A DNA stretch of 64,000 bases from contig JAHHIM010000055.1 in assembly GCA_019358915.1 (NCBI GenBank), forward strand, positions 96,001 through 160,000, given 5' to 3'. This DNA comes from Trichormus sp. ATA11-4-KO1 (lineage in GTDB: Bacteria; Cyanobacteriota; Cyanobacteriia; Cyanobacteriales; Nostocaceae). The position numbers and the translations under genes are program-made. The notes under the pieces are model-generated. The model saw only the letters and a program-made list of their open reading frames with translations. It made no database searches and was not told the origin of the DNA. Below are positions 37,031 to 50,879 of the stretch, piece by piece. Within the stretch, counting starts at the first letter, position 1, and every line of letters begins with the position of its first letter.

Positions 37031-38596
37031 TTAATCTTCGGAGAGTGACAGCAGAGGGTGATTATGCAACGCTATAACTTTAATTAAATACTGTGTCAAA
37101 GTAAACGCATCCACGCCTAATTCTGTACGCTCTTGGGTAGCTAATATCCCCGCTTGCGAATGCCACCAAGCCGCAGTGGCGACAATTTTATTCAGAGAAA
37201 TTTGTCTAGTCGTCGTTTCTGCTAACAATCCACCAATTAAGCCAGTTAAAACATCGCCACTACCACCACGTGCTAAAGCAGGGGTACTTTCAGGATTAAT
37301 TAAAACATCTTGGGAGTTAGCGATCGCAGTTCTTGCCCCTTTCAACAACACAATAGACCCAGTTTGCGCCGCCGCTTCCCGTACAGCTTTTACTCTATCT
37401 TGTTTGGGGTCGGTAATATCGGGAAATAAACGCCGGAATTCACCAGTGTGGGGTGTCAGCACCGTTGGCGCTTCTCGTTTTTGCAAAGTGGGAATTGTGC
37501 CTATCTGTGCCAAGATATTTAAACCATCGGCATCGAGAATCAAAGGACGATCGCTCTCGATTACCTCTTGCACAATGGGAGTAGCATCTAGTGTTAAACC
37601 AGGGCCACAGGCGATCGCACTAAAGGAAGTCAAATCAGTTTTTTCTGGCAATTGCAGATGAGCGATCGCACCAGTTTCCGTCTCTGGACAACCGATAATT
37701 AGTGCCTCTGGTAAATGCGACACTAAAAGAGGTTTCAAAGAGTCTGGTACAGCAATGGAGAGCATTCCTACACCACTAGCACGCGCACCCAAACCAGTTA
37801 AAATTGCTCCACCAGCATAGCGCCGCGAACCACAAATTATGAATAAATGTCCTTCTTTATACTTATGGGTGACTGGTGGACGAGGTAAGGGCAAAGTAGA
37901 AAGTGCCATTGCTGGGGTAATGCGTTTAATGCTGGGTGCATTTCCTAAAACAGCTTGCACATCAGCCAAAGGAATATCAAAATCGATGAGTTCAGCTTGG
38001 CCAATATAATCTAAACTCTGATCCTGCAAAAAAGCCAGCTTCCATAAACCCAGGCAAAACGTATGCGTGGCGCGAATGGCTGTTCCTAACACTCCACCCG
38101 TATCAGTGTGTAAACCCGCAGGCAAATCGATACTAAAAATTGGTTTACCCCATTCATTGAGCCGATTAATTGCTAATGCGATCGCATCGGTAAGTGGTCT
38201 TTCTAAACCAAATCCAAACAACCCTTCAATCAAAAAATCACAATCTGGTAATTGCTCAAGTTCTTGATAGTAAGGAATACCCAAACTCTGGGCATAGCGT
38301 AAGTGCTGCGAAGTTAATTCCTTATGCTGAGAAAAAGGAGAATATATCCAAACCTGATATCCACAAAAGTATAATTCACGAGCTACCACCAAAGCATCGC
38401 CCCCATTGTGACCCGGGCCAACCAAAATCCCTACACGCGATCCCTTCACCTCCTGAACACGACGGGTAATTAGTCTCCCCACCTTTTCCATCAAAGCCGC
38501 TACAGGCATTCCTGCTGCAAAGATCCGCTCTTCAATATCCCGCATTTGCCCAGCAGTGACTACGACTTGTGAAATTCGTTCTTGCCTATCCTGCAT
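37031..38596 (-). CDS. nnr: Bifunctional NAD(P)H-hydrate epimerase/dehydratase
   Basis: GPGHNGGD, HKYKEG, ILDADGL, LTPHTGEF, ARGGSGDVLTG. Confidence 0.93.
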   Translation of the reverse strand: MQDRQERISQVVVTAGQMRDIEERIFAAGMPVAALMEKVGRLITRRVQEVKGSRVGILVGPGHNGGDALVVARELYFCGYQVWIYSPFSQHKELTSQHLRYAQSLGIPYYQELEQLPDCDFLIEGLFGFGLERPLTDAIALAINRLNEWGKPIFSIDLPAGLHTDTGGVLGTAIRATHTFCLGLWKLAFLQDQSLDYIGQAELIDFDIPLADVQAVLGNAPSIKRITPAMALSTLPLPRPPVTHKYKEGHLFIICGSRRYAGGAILTGLGARASGVGMLSIAVPDSLKPLLVSHLPEALIIGCPETETGAIAHLQLPEKTDLTSFSAIACGPGLTLDATPIVQEVIESDRPLILDADGLNILAQIGTIPTLQKREAPTVLTPHTGEFRRLFPDITDPKQDRVKAVREAAAQTGSIVLLKGARTAIANSQDVLINPESTPALARGGSGDVLTGLIGGLLAETTTRQISLNKIVATAAWWHSQAGILATQERTELGVDAFTLTQYLIKVIALHNHPLLSLSED

Positions 38597-38759
38597 CAGT
38601 CCTGAGTCCTGAATTATGAGTACTAAATTTTGAGTTGGGAATTAACTGATTTGAAAAAACTTGGTGTCTTTGTGCCTTGGTGGTAAAAAACTTTCACCCA
38701 CTAAGACACAAAAAGGTGTTACATGTTCTGTTTTACCTCTTGACTCAGGAAAGAAGCAC

Positions 38760-39536
38760 TTACCTTCCGTAGTAAACCCTGGCGTTACCGTAACCCAGAT
38801 TTCGCAAATATTTGTTCCACTGCTCCGCCTCTGTCCGCCCAGCAAAAGGCCCCACGGCTATGTGTGGGCCTCGTGGTTGTTCTCTTTCCAGGACGATGCC
38901 ATACTGTCCTATATTTCGCCTGATGTTGTCTGCAATTACTGGGATCTCTCTCGAGTCGGCGGGAATGGCAACATAGTAGTTAGACTGCTGCCTTTGATGA
39001 TTGGGGCTACCAGGAAGAGTAGGTATTTCCTGTCCGGTAGTAGAAAAACTCGCAGAAGTGGGTATTTCCCGTCCATCAGCAAAACTGACAAGTCTTGCTT
39101 CATTGATGCCGTATGAACGCAGCTCTGCAAGCCGATTTTGAGCGTTAGCTAGTCTATCAAAGATTCCTGTCTGAATTACAGAACGTCCTTGATACTGACG
39201 GATATAAGCTCCAGGTTCAATCTGACGTACTAGTTGCAATGTCTGGAAATTACCACTATCAACATAAACTAAGTAGCGCTGAAAATTCTGGCTATACTGA
39301 TTAGCCTGCACTGGTTGGTAAGGCTGCAAGTTCTGGTTATATTGGTAAAATTCCACTGGTTCTGCTGGTCGGACATTTGGCAGTGGTGGTAAAGTTTGCT
39401 GAGCCAGAAAAACGCTGTGATTGTTGTCGATGCGGATTTGTGCTGGGCTACTGTAGGGAATCAATGCCAAACAGCTTCCCCAAAATAAGGGCAACATCGG
39501 CAATGCGAGCAATTTACCCGGTAATTGATTGGTCAT
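38760..39536 (-). CDS. Exported protein with SPOR-like repeats
   Basis: Signal-like N-terminus; QTGIFDRLANA and VGPFAGRTEA motifs. Confidence 0.65.
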   Translation of the reverse strand: MTNQLPGKLLALPMLPLFWGSCLALIPYSSPAQIRIDNNHSVFLAQQTLPPLPNVRPAEPVEFYQYNQNLQPYQPVQANQYSQNFQRYLVYVDSGNFQTLQLVRQIEPGAYIRQYQGRSVIQTGIFDRLANAQNRLAELRSYGINEARLVSFADGREIPTSASFSTTGQEIPTLPGSPNHQRQQSNYYVAIPADSREIPVIADNIRRNIGQYGIVLEREQPRGPHIAVGPFAGRTEAEQWNKYLRNLGYGNARVYYGR

Positions 39537-40065
39537 AATAGTAACAACTTTCTTTTTAGAACTAATAAATACAACACTGTAACAACTATCTTCTATCTGT
39601 ATATTTTTAGCTTAGAATTATGTAGACTTGTGTGGCAATAAATACAAGAAAAATTTTACCAATTGCCGTAGTCACATAGGTGAGAACAGTGTTGATGCAA
39701 CAGAGCAATCAAGTAACTGGGTTAATACTCAGCACTCAGCACTTTATTTGTTAGTTAGTCACAAAACTGAAGCGCTTTACTCGCAAGGCTTTGCAGATAT
39801 ATGTGCTACAATCGGACAGTTACACAACTTTCGTGACGTATTTGCATGAAAAGCCTCTACTCGCCAACCGAGTACAGCGTTACCTTGGCAAATACCCGAA
39901 AAAAGAAATTTCGAGAGTGTAGGCTACTACCGATCGCAATCACAGTAAACACCAAAAGAATGTGGCCTTAATTGCTGAAAATTCAAAGTTAGAAACTGGA
40001 AGTGTCGTCAGGGATAGAATTTATCTCTTTCAATGGCAGCCAATAGCCTAGCAAAATTTAGGGAT

Positions 40066-41136
40066 ATGAAAAAAGTCGTCGTGGGTCTTTCTGGTGGTGT
40101 TGATAGTTCCACCGCAGCTGCAATCCTGCATCATCAGGGCTATGAAGTAATTGGTTTGACCCTTTGGCTGATGAAAGGCAAAGGCCAGTGTTGCTCTGAA
40201 GGGATGATCGACGCGGCTTATATCTGTGAACAACTGGGTGTTACCCATCATGTTGTTGATATTCGAGATGTCTTTCAAACCAATATTGTTGACTACTTAG
40301 TCACTGGTTACAGTGCGGGGATCACTCCTTTGCCTTGCTCTCAGTGCAATAAAACAGTGAAATTTGGGCCAATGGTAGAATATGCCCATGAACAACTAGG
40401 ATGCGATCGCATTGCTACTGGTCATTATGCTCAAATTAGCTATGACGCAGCTACTGGGCGTTACCAGTTGCTAAGGGCAGTTGACCGCAACAAAGACCAG
40501 TCTTATTTTTTGTATGATTTATCACAGGATTTACTAGCAGCAACAGTATTTCCTCTAGGAGAATTGCAAAAAGCCGACACTCGCCGCATCGCCACCGAAT
40601 ACGGACTAAAAACCGCCGACAAGCCAGAAAGTCAAGATTTGTGCTTAGTCGAAAGTAACGGTTCCATGCGCGCGTTTCTGGATAAGTATCTTGCTCCCAA
40701 AAAAGGCGATATTGTGGATACTACAGGTAAAATTTTGGGTCAGCACGATGGTGTCCATCACTATACAATTGGACAGCGTAAAGGTTTGGGAATTGCTGCA
40801 CCTGAACCACTGTATGTAATTGCATTAGATGCAGTAAATAATAAAGTAATAGTAGGCGATCGCACCAAAGTCACCCAGCCAGAATGTACAGTAAATCGTG
40901 TTAACTGGGTTTCTATTGCCGAACCATCGACCCCAATTCGTGGCACAGTGCAAATTCGTTATCGTTCCACCCCGACACCAGTAACAGTGATTCCTTTGGA
41001 AAACTCCCGTGTCCGCTTGGTGTTTGATGAACCACAATTCAGCATCACCCCTGGACAAGCTGCGGTGTGGTACGACGGTGATAGAGTTTTAGGTGGCGGG
41101 ATTATTGAACAATTGAACAAGCAGGAAGAAGGATGA
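40066..41136 (+). CDS. mnmA: tRNA 2-thiouridine synthase
   Basis: SGGVDS, ATGHYA, KDQSYFL, ESQDLC, TPGQ; ATG at 40066 preferred. Confidence 0.97.
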   Translation: MKKVVVGLSGGVDSSTAAAILHHQGYEVIGLTLWLMKGKGQCCSEGMIDAAYICEQLGVTHHVVDIRDVFQTNIVDYLVTGYSAGITPLPCSQCNKTVKFGPMVEYAHEQLGCDRIATGHYAQISYDAATGRYQLLRAVDRNKDQSYFLYDLSQDLLAATVFPLGELQKADTRRIATEYGLKTADKPESQDLCLVESNGSMRAFLDKYLAPKKGDIVDTTGKILGQHDGVHHYTIGQRKGLGIAAPEPLYVIALDAVNNKVIVGDRTKVTQPECTVNRVNWVSIAEPSTPIRGTVQIRYRSTPTPVTVIPLENSRVRLVFDEPQFSITPGQAAVWYDGDRVLGGGIIEQLNKQEEG

Positions 41137-41214
41137 AGTTTGGATGGGGATTGGGACTCCACCCAAATAGGTACTGCTGAACAAGAAGTCAGAAGTTCGC
41201 CGGAATCAGGAGGA

Positions 41215-41772
41215 TCATTCTTCCTTCTTCCCTCTGACTTCTGACTTCGTTGTTTCTGTATAATGGGGTACCCATCCTTCTACAGTAGTAAAATAGCGCA
41301 CTGCTTTAAAATGCAACAATGCTGTAGGACTACACCAATGCTCTACCCCATCAGGAATTTGCATATAATCTTGGGACTGAACTAAAAGCTGTACCTGGCT
41401 ACCATCAGGTTTCACAAAACCAAAAATCATCTCTCCTGCCAACACATAAAGGGGTTCAGGAGCAGTATGAGTATGATAACGACTGTAAGTAGCTATCAAA
41501 TTCTGAAGATGCGGTGAGCCTGGATGCAAATTCCACAAGTCACACCAAAGATAGCCATTCTCTTGTTGGAGAAATTCAAAGATGCTGTTGTGCAGCTCGA
41601 CAATCTGGTGTTTCTCTGCATCAGTCAAAACTTCCTGTGCTAAAAGATTAGGGAAGAGAAGCGATGTACCTGGATTATATTGTTTCAAGTAGATGCCGAG
41701 AGGGGTGAGTTCATCCACTATCTCACGCAAATCGCTCTTGATTGTCCCGTCGTCTAGTAAGAGGGTAGCCAT
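41215..41772 (-). CDS. Acireductone dioxygenase-like cupin
   Basis: HTH..PE metal motif, HW, AVRYFTT.EGW. Confidence 0.75.
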   Translation of the reverse strand: MATLLLDDGTIKSDLREIVDELTPLGIYLKQYNPGTSLLFPNLLAQEVLTDAEKHQIVELHNSIFEFLQQENGYLWCDLWNLHPGSPHLQNLIATYSRYHTHTAPEPLYVLAGEMIFGFVKPDGSQVQLLVQSQDYMQIPDGVEHWCSPTALLHFKAVRYFTTVEGWVPHYTETTKSEVRGKKEE

Positions 41773-41980
41773 GACAAAAGACTAATTAACTACTGTGAAG
41801 AATAAAAAGAGTATACATAACTTTAAAGCAATAAACTACTATTTCCGATAGACAAACCGGAGATTGTATTTCATAAAATATGTTGTTCAGTGCCAACCTG
41901 CAACGCCAAATGCTTGATAAATCACTGCATCACTAGAGACAGTCAAGTAATTCTACCACCGGGATATCTTTTACAACTAA

Positions 41981-42131
41981 TATCATGTCCGGTTAATCAA
42001 ACTAAATAAAAAATGTTTGTTCGTAGTCAGGACTTTAGTCCTGTCTTGAGGGACTGTAGACGCGTAGCGGCTTCTCGCAGAGTAGTCCCTACTACAAACT
42101 GTTTATTTGAGGTGATTGAGCAGACATCATA
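41981..42131. repeat. MITE-like element with nested small dispersed repeat
   Basis: Imperfect 19-bp terminal inverted repeats; internal AGGGACT...AGTCCCT interrupted by GTAGACGCGTAGCGGCTTCTCGCAGAGT. Confidence 0.5.
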
Positions 42132-42217
42132 ATAAAATAAAAAATTTGTCCGATGAATGATGCTCCAAAGTACCACTACAGTTTAATCTAGTACAAGCGA
42201 ACTATCCCAGGTATGGA

Positions 42218-43648
42218 ATGTCTGAATTAATTTTGTTTTGGCATCGCCGTGATTTACGTATTTCTGACAATACAGGACTGGCTGCGGCGAGACAGCAGAG
42301 TCCAAAAGTAGTAGGCGTGTTTTGCCTTGATCCTAATATTCTGGAACGGGATGATGTTGCTCCGGCGAGAGTGACGTACATGATTGGTAGCTTACAGGCA
42401 CTGCAACAGCGATATGCTCAAGTAGGCAGCCAATTATTAATCCTCCATGCCAATCCGGTGCAAGCAATACCAGCTTTAGCAGGGGCTTTAAACGCCAAAG
42501 CTGTGTTTTGGAACTGGGATGTAGAACCATATTCACAAACACGCGATCGCGCGGTAATTGATGCCCTCAAAGAACAAGGTATTGCATTTCTCAACCAAAA
42601 TTGGGATCAAATTCTCCATTCACCAGAGGAAATTTGCACAGGTAATCACACTCCTTACACTGTTTACAGCCCCTTTTGGAAAAATTGGATCAGCAAACCA
42701 AAAGCCAACCCAGCAGAAACTCTACAAAATGCGGCAGGATTGACAGCAACCGAACAAGAAATAGCCAAACAAGCAGGAGTCATTGAATTACCCTCAGCTA
42801 AGGATTTAGGATTTAACTGGGATAAAGAACTGATCATTTCACCAGGAGAAGCAGCCGCACAAGAACGGTTAGAAGAATTTACTGCTGGCGCGATCGTTGA
42901 ATATCAAGAACAGCGTAACTTCCCAGCCGTTGATGGTACATCAAGATTAAGTGCAGCTTTAAAATTTGGCGTTATTGGGATTCGCACCGTGTGGCAAGCC
43001 ACCATAGAGGCGCAAGCAAATAGCCGCAGTCAGGAAGCAGAAACTAGTATTCGCACATGGCAACAAGAACTCGCATGGCGGGAGTTTTATCAACACGCCA
43101 TGTATCACTTCCCAGAATTAGCTGATGGTGCTTACCGCGATACCTTTAAAAACTTCCCTTGGACAACCAATGAAGAACATTTCCCAGCTTGGTGCGAGGG
43201 CAGAACTGGCTATCCCATTGTAGATGCAGCGATGCGGCAAATGAATGAAATTGGCTGGATGCATAACCGATGTCGGATGATTGTCGCCAGTTTCTTGACC
43301 AAAGACTTGCTAATTAATCCCCAATTGGGAGAAAAATACTTTATGCAGAAACTGATTGACGGTGATTTATCTGCCAATAACGGCGGCTGGCAATGGAGCG
43401 CTTCTAGCGGTATGGACCCCAAACCCGTGCGGATTTTCAACCCAGCCAGTCAAGCACAAAAGTTCGATTCCGAAGGTGAATACATCCGCCAATGGATTCC
43501 CGAATTGCGTTCTTTAGATCCAGAATATTTAGTTACTGGTAAAATTCCACCTTTGGAGCTTCATGGTACTGGCTATCCTCAACCAATCGTGGATCATAAA
43601 ATCCAACAACAGCAGTTTAAAAAGATGTATCAACAGCAAAAAAAGTGA
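42218..43648 (+). CDS. phr: Class I CPD DNA photolyase
   Basis: [49 protein letters not shown]. Confidence 0.95.
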   Translation: MSELILFWHRRDLRISDNTGLAAARQQSPKVVGVFCLDPNILERDDVAPARVTYMIGSLQALQQRYAQVGSQLLILHANPVQAIPALAGALNAKAVFWNWDVEPYSQTRDRAVIDALKEQGIAFLNQNWDQILHSPEEICTGNHTPYTVYSPFWKNWISKPKANPAETLQNAAGLTATEQEIAKQAGVIELPSAKDLGFNWDKELIISPGEAAAQERLEEFTAGAIVEYQEQRNFPAVDGTSRLSAALKFGVIGIRTVWQATIEAQANSRSQEAETSIRTWQQELAWREFYQHAMYHFPELADGAYRDTFKNFPWTTNEEHFPAWCEGRTGYPIVDAAMRQMNEIGWMHNRCRMIVASFLTKDLLINPQLGEKYFMQKLIDGDLSANNGGWQWSASSGMDPKPVRIFNPASQAQKFDSEGEYIRQWIPELRSLDPEYLVTGKIPPLELHGTGYPQPIVDHKIQQQQFKKMYQQQKK

Positions 43649-43937
43649 TGGTATGAGGATGTAAGTTGTTTAAATCAATTTACTTATCCTAAAGACTCTC
43701 CAAAGCAGTTTTTAAATCGCTTTGCTTAATCTATTGGCAATCCGTCGGGCTTGAATATAGCGATCGCTTATGGATAACATAACAGCCAGTTAATCACACG
43801 CTGTTGATGAGCAGATTCCTGGCGAAACTGCAATTTCTGGATAAATTCTTTCAGCACGAGCAAATTGACGTTGTTCTAAGAAACTGCGAATTCCCAGACC
43901 ACTAGCAACCCCAGACAGATACAATACAGGCATCTAA

Positions 43938-44408
43938 TTAGTTAACATTCACATTGAGAATGTAGTTTAAGCTGCCACTACCACTAGTTTGCTGAGTTAC
44001 ATTGATACCAGGTCCCCTAAATTCCACACTGACTGAGGATGATGCAGGAAAATAACGGGTAGAAATTTTTACTGTATGTTTTCCCAGCGAAAGATAGGGT
44101 GACAAATTTACATAAACTCTTTTGTCACGGATTTGTTGAATAACTCTGCCGTTATAAGTGATATTACCTTGTAATTGAGATCCTGAAGTATTAATACTGA
44201 GGATATGTGGTTGTCTCAGATTAGCTCTACTGAGACTAACGCTACTTTCTTGGTAATCAGATGAACTGCTAAAATTTCGTTTGTTAACAGCTATAACGCT
44301 ATTGATGTCGGCACTATTGTGAGGGTAAACAAGTAAATTCTGGTCTAAATCTGCGCTCCCCGCAACTATGGAAGCTGCACAGGCTACAAAAAAGAGTGAA
44401 GTTTTCAT
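43938..44408 (-). CDS. Secreted hypothetical beta-rich protein
   Basis: Signal peptide; beta-strand pattern. Confidence 0.65.
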   Translation of the reverse strand: MKTSLFFVACAASIVAGSADLDQNLLVYPHNSADINSVIAVNKRNFSSSSDYQESSVSLSRANLRQPHILSINTSGSQLQGNITYNGRVIQQIRDKRVYVNLSPYLSLGKHTVKISTRYFPASSSVSVEFRGPGINVTQQTSGSGSLNYILNVNVN

Positions 44409-44633
44409 AACTATAATTTGAGAAAATTCTCAATTACAGATACAACAAAAAGTTATCAGGAAGGTCTCTCACTGTAACAAACTTTTCCAGATAGTTAATC
44501 ACAGGAGAAACCCATAACCAAACATGAAAATCTCTCTTTTCTAGCCCTTAGTCTCTATTTTCCACGGAAATAGAGTCAAGAGGTTAAAGAGAAATTTTAA
44601 TCCAACATTTTTTCTACCTTGAAAGGGCTATGC

Positions 44634-45131
44634 TCAACTCTTAGTTCGAGCTTCAGCTACCGCTAGAGCTTCATTAGCTTTAACCACAGCTTGAGTAATT
44701 GCTCGCACAGAACCAGCATCTGCTTGAGCAACAGCTGTCGCCTCACCCATGAAGGTGACTGCTTGAGATATTGCTGTAGCCACTTGAGAGTTTTCTCCCT
44801 TGCGAGCTGAACTTTCAGCTCTAGCCATCGATTGTTGGGCCTGCCGCAACTTCGGTAAGATAATATCCCTGTGCTCTGACGGGATGTTTACTGGTACACT
44901 TCTTGACGCCGTTTCCACTACACTTACTGCCCGATTTAATACCTTCACCGCGACGGCAACGGCAAAACTCACGGATATTTTCTCTTGAGCGATCAAGACA
45001 TTGGAGTTATCCAATACATCCCCATTACTTAACTCTTGGTTATGAGATGAGAATGATAATGCCTGACCTGAGAAAATTACTAGCAAGCCCATCGCTAAAG
45101 CAGTTGCTTTACTAAAGCGATTATTTTTCAT
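44634..45131 (-). CDS. Secreted Ala-rich helical protein
   Basis: Signal peptide, VLIAQ, Ala-rich amphipathic repeats. Confidence 0.7.
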   Translation of the reverse strand: MKNNRFSKATALAMGLLVIFSGQALSFSSHNQELSNGDVLDNSNVLIAQEKISVSFAVAVAVKVLNRAVSVVETASRSVPVNIPSEHRDIILPKLRQAQQSMARAESSARKGENSQVATAISQAVTFMGEATAVAQADAGSVRAITQAVVKANEALAVAEARTKS

Positions 45132-45303
45132 GATCTTTCTCCGAGAAACCGCGTCTCCTGGTGGGCGCGGAGGGATTAGGAGGGCTATTGAATGGGGTTA
45201 CCCCCGAATAGCCATGATTCAAGAACCGAGAGGGTACGCTCACCCTCGTTGAATTTAGGGGTTTGACGGTCTCTCTCCAACCCTCCTGTGAAGATAACGC
45301 TTC

Positions 45304-45438
45304 CTAGTGGATTGACAAGGCTAAAGTAGTGCAGATGATTTTTTGGTGGAACAGGCAAAATGCCTGTTCTGGGCAGGCTGGAAGCTTACCCCACAATCAT
45401 GATATTTATGCAACATTTTAGCCTGGCCACGCCACTAG
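45304..45438. repeat. MITE-like element
   Basis: Imperfect ~29-bp terminal inverted repeats bounded by CTAG at both ends; internal REP-like hairpin. Confidence 0.55.
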
Positions 45439-45476
45439 CAAAAGTCTTTATCTTCAGATAGGTCACTGACTGCATC

Positions 45477-46025
45477 TTATTCAGCAGTACTCACAGCAAT
45501 TGCAGTTGCGTTACCCACGGATGTTTTGGCACTGGCTAGTGATCTAGCAATAGCTGATTTGCCAGGGCCACTAATAGCATCCGATTCGGCTATAGCCAAC
45601 GCATCACCAAGGACTGTTTCTGCTTGAGCTAGTGATGTAGCAACAGCCCGGCGATCGCTAATCGCTGTTGAACCAGAAAGAGCACTAGCATTGCCCAGCA
45701 AAGATGTGGCTTTAGAAATCGACTCAGCCAAAGCGCCTTTTCTGGGGCCACCGATAGCTTGTGATTGAGCAGCAGCGTAGGCATTGCCCAATGCAGTTTC
45801 GGCAACGGCTAATGAGCTAGAAAATGCTCGGTTCTCTCTTAGAGGAGCGCGACGAGAAATTGAACGTTGAGCAACCAGGATCTCAGCGTTACTCAATCCA
45901 TTTGCCTGGGTGACTTCTGCAACATTATATGTGCTGGCAAATGTTGCACCTGAGAAAGCGAAGATTGATCCGATAGCCAAGGCAGCTGATGTCCGAGAAA
46001 GTATGCTTTTCATGGTTTTTAGCAA
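45477..46025 (-). CDS. Secreted Ala/Ser-rich protein with internal duplication
   Basis: Signal peptide, ILVAQ, two copies of SLA.AET.LG.A...A.S.AI.GP.K.A.A.S. Confidence 0.7.
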   Translation of the reverse strand: MLKTMKSILSRTSAALAIGSIFAFSGATFASTYNVAEVTQANGLSNAEILVAQRSISRRAPLRENRAFSSSLAVAETALGNAYAAAQSQAIGGPRKGALAESISKATSLLGNASALSGSTAISDRRAVATSLAQAETVLGDALAIAESDAISGPGKSAIARSLASAKTSVGNATAIAVSTAE

Positions 46026-47009
46026 TCAATTGGTAAACTCTTGTTTCGTCAAGCTCGATTACTTGTTTCAGTAAAACCACCTTTGCATCCCCAGAAGACA
46101 CGCAACAACACTAATATGATTATTTAAGCAACAAACAAGCTGAAAAGCTTATCAATACGTACTTTGATTTACGCATTTTTGCAAAATTAAAACTAGATTG
46201 CTATATAACAACCTTTGGGACGCATTAGGTGATTTACTTTTCAAGCTATCAGGAGCTTTACTTGTATTTTAGTAATTTATCAGTCAATAAAATCACCAAT
46301 ATTTAAAAACTTAACATTTGGTAAAAGGTTAAGAAAGATATCGTCATCTATAGAATTTAAGGGCATTTATGAAGGCTAAGATCAGGCTTTTACAAGCCTT
46401 TTAACCTTTATTATCTCTTACGAAAATTGATAAATAGTCTATTCATACTACTATCTAAGTAGGTGAGCAAGCATATTTATCACTGTGTTAATAAAATTTA
46501 ATTCTAGGGTGAGTCATGAATTCAGATTAAGACACCATCAATCATCCAAGGTGCGTTAACCTACGGCACAACACAACGGTAATCAAATGGGAGGAAAATC
46601 CACACCACTTTTGCCTCCTCTACACCAAGTTTATATTTCTTCATAGAGATGGAATTTCGTTTGCCAACTTATACTTACGTGGGGATTTTCTAGTAAGGTG
46701 ATTGCATACGTATTGACAGAAAAACCCAAATATGAAATTTAGATTTCAGGCATAAAAGCTTGATTTTTGATGTCCAATTTGAGGCTTTCCACCTTTGTCA
46801 CTTTATGCCTTTGTGGTTAAAAAGAAATTTTGAACCACTAAGACACCAAGAACAATACATGACACCTTGAACTGGGTTTTGCAGGGAGAACAAGCCTATG
46901 GGCGTTTCAGACAATTGGCAAAGGTATTGAAGTTAGGAAAAGTTTCTCTAAATTGATAGTCCTGCTGACGGATGCGACGATCGCAGTGAAAGCGAGTAAC
47001 CTGGAATAG

Positions 47010-49109
<2,100 letters not shown>

Positions 49110-49181
49110 CGTTCGCGTAGCACATACCGCAAAGTACACGAAGAGAAGATATTTTCCCTAAACACCCGTTGTAGTATTATT

Positions 49182-50381
49182 GTGCTACGAATGGGAGAAA
49201 CGATGTTACATCAATTTAAATACACCACACTTACCCATACAGACGATATTCAGCAACTGGGACATATCCTCGAACAGTGTTTTATCATGTCGTCTGGTGA
49301 TAGCGAAATCTACATGAAGCGCCTTGGTGTAGACAAGTTTCGCGCTATGCATCAAAATCAGCAAGTCGTCGGTGGACTGGCAATGATCCCCATGGGTCAG
49401 TGGTGGGGTGGTCAGCGTGTACCGATGACAGGAATTGCCGCCGTAGGTATTGCTCCAGAATACCGTGGGGATGGTGCAGCGATCGCACTCATACAACAAA
49501 CGATTCAGGAACTCTACGACCAGGAAGTTCCGATTTCGGTTCTCTATCCAGCTACTCAACGCCTTTACCGTAAAGCCGGATATGAACAAGCTGGAAGTTA
49601 TTGCACTTGGGAAATTTCTCCTGACAGTATCCAGTTGCAAGATAAATGTTTACCTGTGCAACCTGTAACTACCAAAAATCATGCCATCTTTCACGACTTG
49701 TATCAGCAACAAGCAAAACTCATTAATGGATATTTAGACCGACAGCCAGCTATCTGGCAAGGATTAACTCAACCAGATCATCAAGAAACAGTCTATGGTT
49801 ATTTGATTGGTGAACAAGGCCAGCCCCAAGGTTATATCATCTTGACTCAAGAGCGCACAAAGGACGGCACAATGTTACGCGTGAGAGATTGGACAATCCT
49901 CACAAATGCTGCTGCGCGAACTTTTTGGTCTTTTATTGCCAATCATCGCTCCCAAATTGACCAGGTACGATGGAAGAGTTCTGTAGTTGATTCTCTAACA
50001 TTGCTGCTACCAGAGCAAACTGCCAAAATTAAATATCAAGAGCGTTGGATGCTGCGGATAATAAATGTCGTTAAGGCATTAGAAATGCGGGGTTATCCAC
50101 CGGGAATTACCACTGAACTACATTTGGAAATTCAAGATGACTTGCTAGCTACCAATAACGGCAAATTTATTTTATCTGTAGCTGATGGACGCGGTGAAGT
50201 TACCAAAGGCGGCAAAGGTGAGTTGCAGTTAGATATTAAAGGTTTAGTACCTTTATACACAGGTTTATTCACACCCCACCAATTACAGTTAACAGGAAAA
50301 CTAGAGGCTACGGAAACCGCACTTTTAGCAGCTACGCAAATATTTATAGGTACTTCTCCTTGGATGGCTGATTTCTTTTAA
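49182..50381 (+). CDS. Eis-family GNAT acetyltransferase
   Basis: GIAAVGIAPEYRGDG, LYRKAGYE, C-terminal SCP2-like region ending in DFF. Confidence 0.88.
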   Translation: MLRMGETMLHQFKYTTLTHTDDIQQLGHILEQCFIMSSGDSEIYMKRLGVDKFRAMHQNQQVVGGLAMIPMGQWWGGQRVPMTGIAAVGIAPEYRGDGAAIALIQQTIQELYDQEVPISVLYPATQRLYRKAGYEQAGSYCTWEISPDSIQLQDKCLPVQPVTTKNHAIFHDLYQQQAKLINGYLDRQPAIWQGLTQPDHQETVYGYLIGEQGQPQGYIILTQERTKDGTMLRVRDWTILTNAAARTFWSFIANHRSQIDQVRWKSSVVDSLTLLLPEQTAKIKYQERWMLRIINVVKALEMRGYPPGITTELHLEIQDDLLATNNGKFILSVADGRGEVTKGGKGELQLDIKGLVPLYTGLFTPHQLQLTGKLEATETALLAATQIFIGTSPWMADFF

Positions 50382-50397
50382 GATTTATCCTATCAGT

Positions 50398-50472
50398 ACC
50401 AATGGCGATATTTCCAATCACCACCAATAGCGATATTTCCAATCACCACCAATAGCGATATTTCCAATCACC
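50398..50472. repeat. 25-bp tandem repeat x3
   Basis: ACCAAT(A/G)GCGATATTTCCAATCACC, three adjacent copies. Confidence 0.9.
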
Positions 50473-50563
50473 CGGTCTATAATCTGCAAATTATGAAATA
50501 TGTAAATTTTAATCATTTGTTAAAAGTTTACTGACTCAAGAACCAGAAGCGGCACTTCCTTTA

Positions 50564-50791
50564 TTGGATAGATGTCTAAAATTTCCCAATAGACCATCAT
50601 TTGCTCGCTTTTTGGTACTCATGAATCCTCAGATACCTAATTCATTTTTGGCAAGATACTATAAATCTTGGTTTTGGCCAGAAAGATACGCAGTCGCTCA
50701 AAATCCTAATACTGACGAAAAAATTCGCCAACAACTTACACAAGACCCAAATAGAATTGTTCGTGCTGCTGCAAGAGACACCTTAAAGTAG
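50564..50791 (+). pseudogene. C-terminal fragment of an LRV/HEAT-repeat protein
   Basis: ERYAVAQNPNT...L.QDPNRIVRAAA; weak TTG start, N-terminus missing. Confidence 0.55.
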
Positions 50792-50879
50792 ATTCGGGCT
50801 GAGACATGAGAACCGATACTACACGAAAGAAGCTTCCCTAATATATATATAACTGAAGACGATTATACTGGAGTGACTG

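Noticed and set aside
50398..50472. CRISPR array
   Set aside because: Direct tandem copies with no spacers
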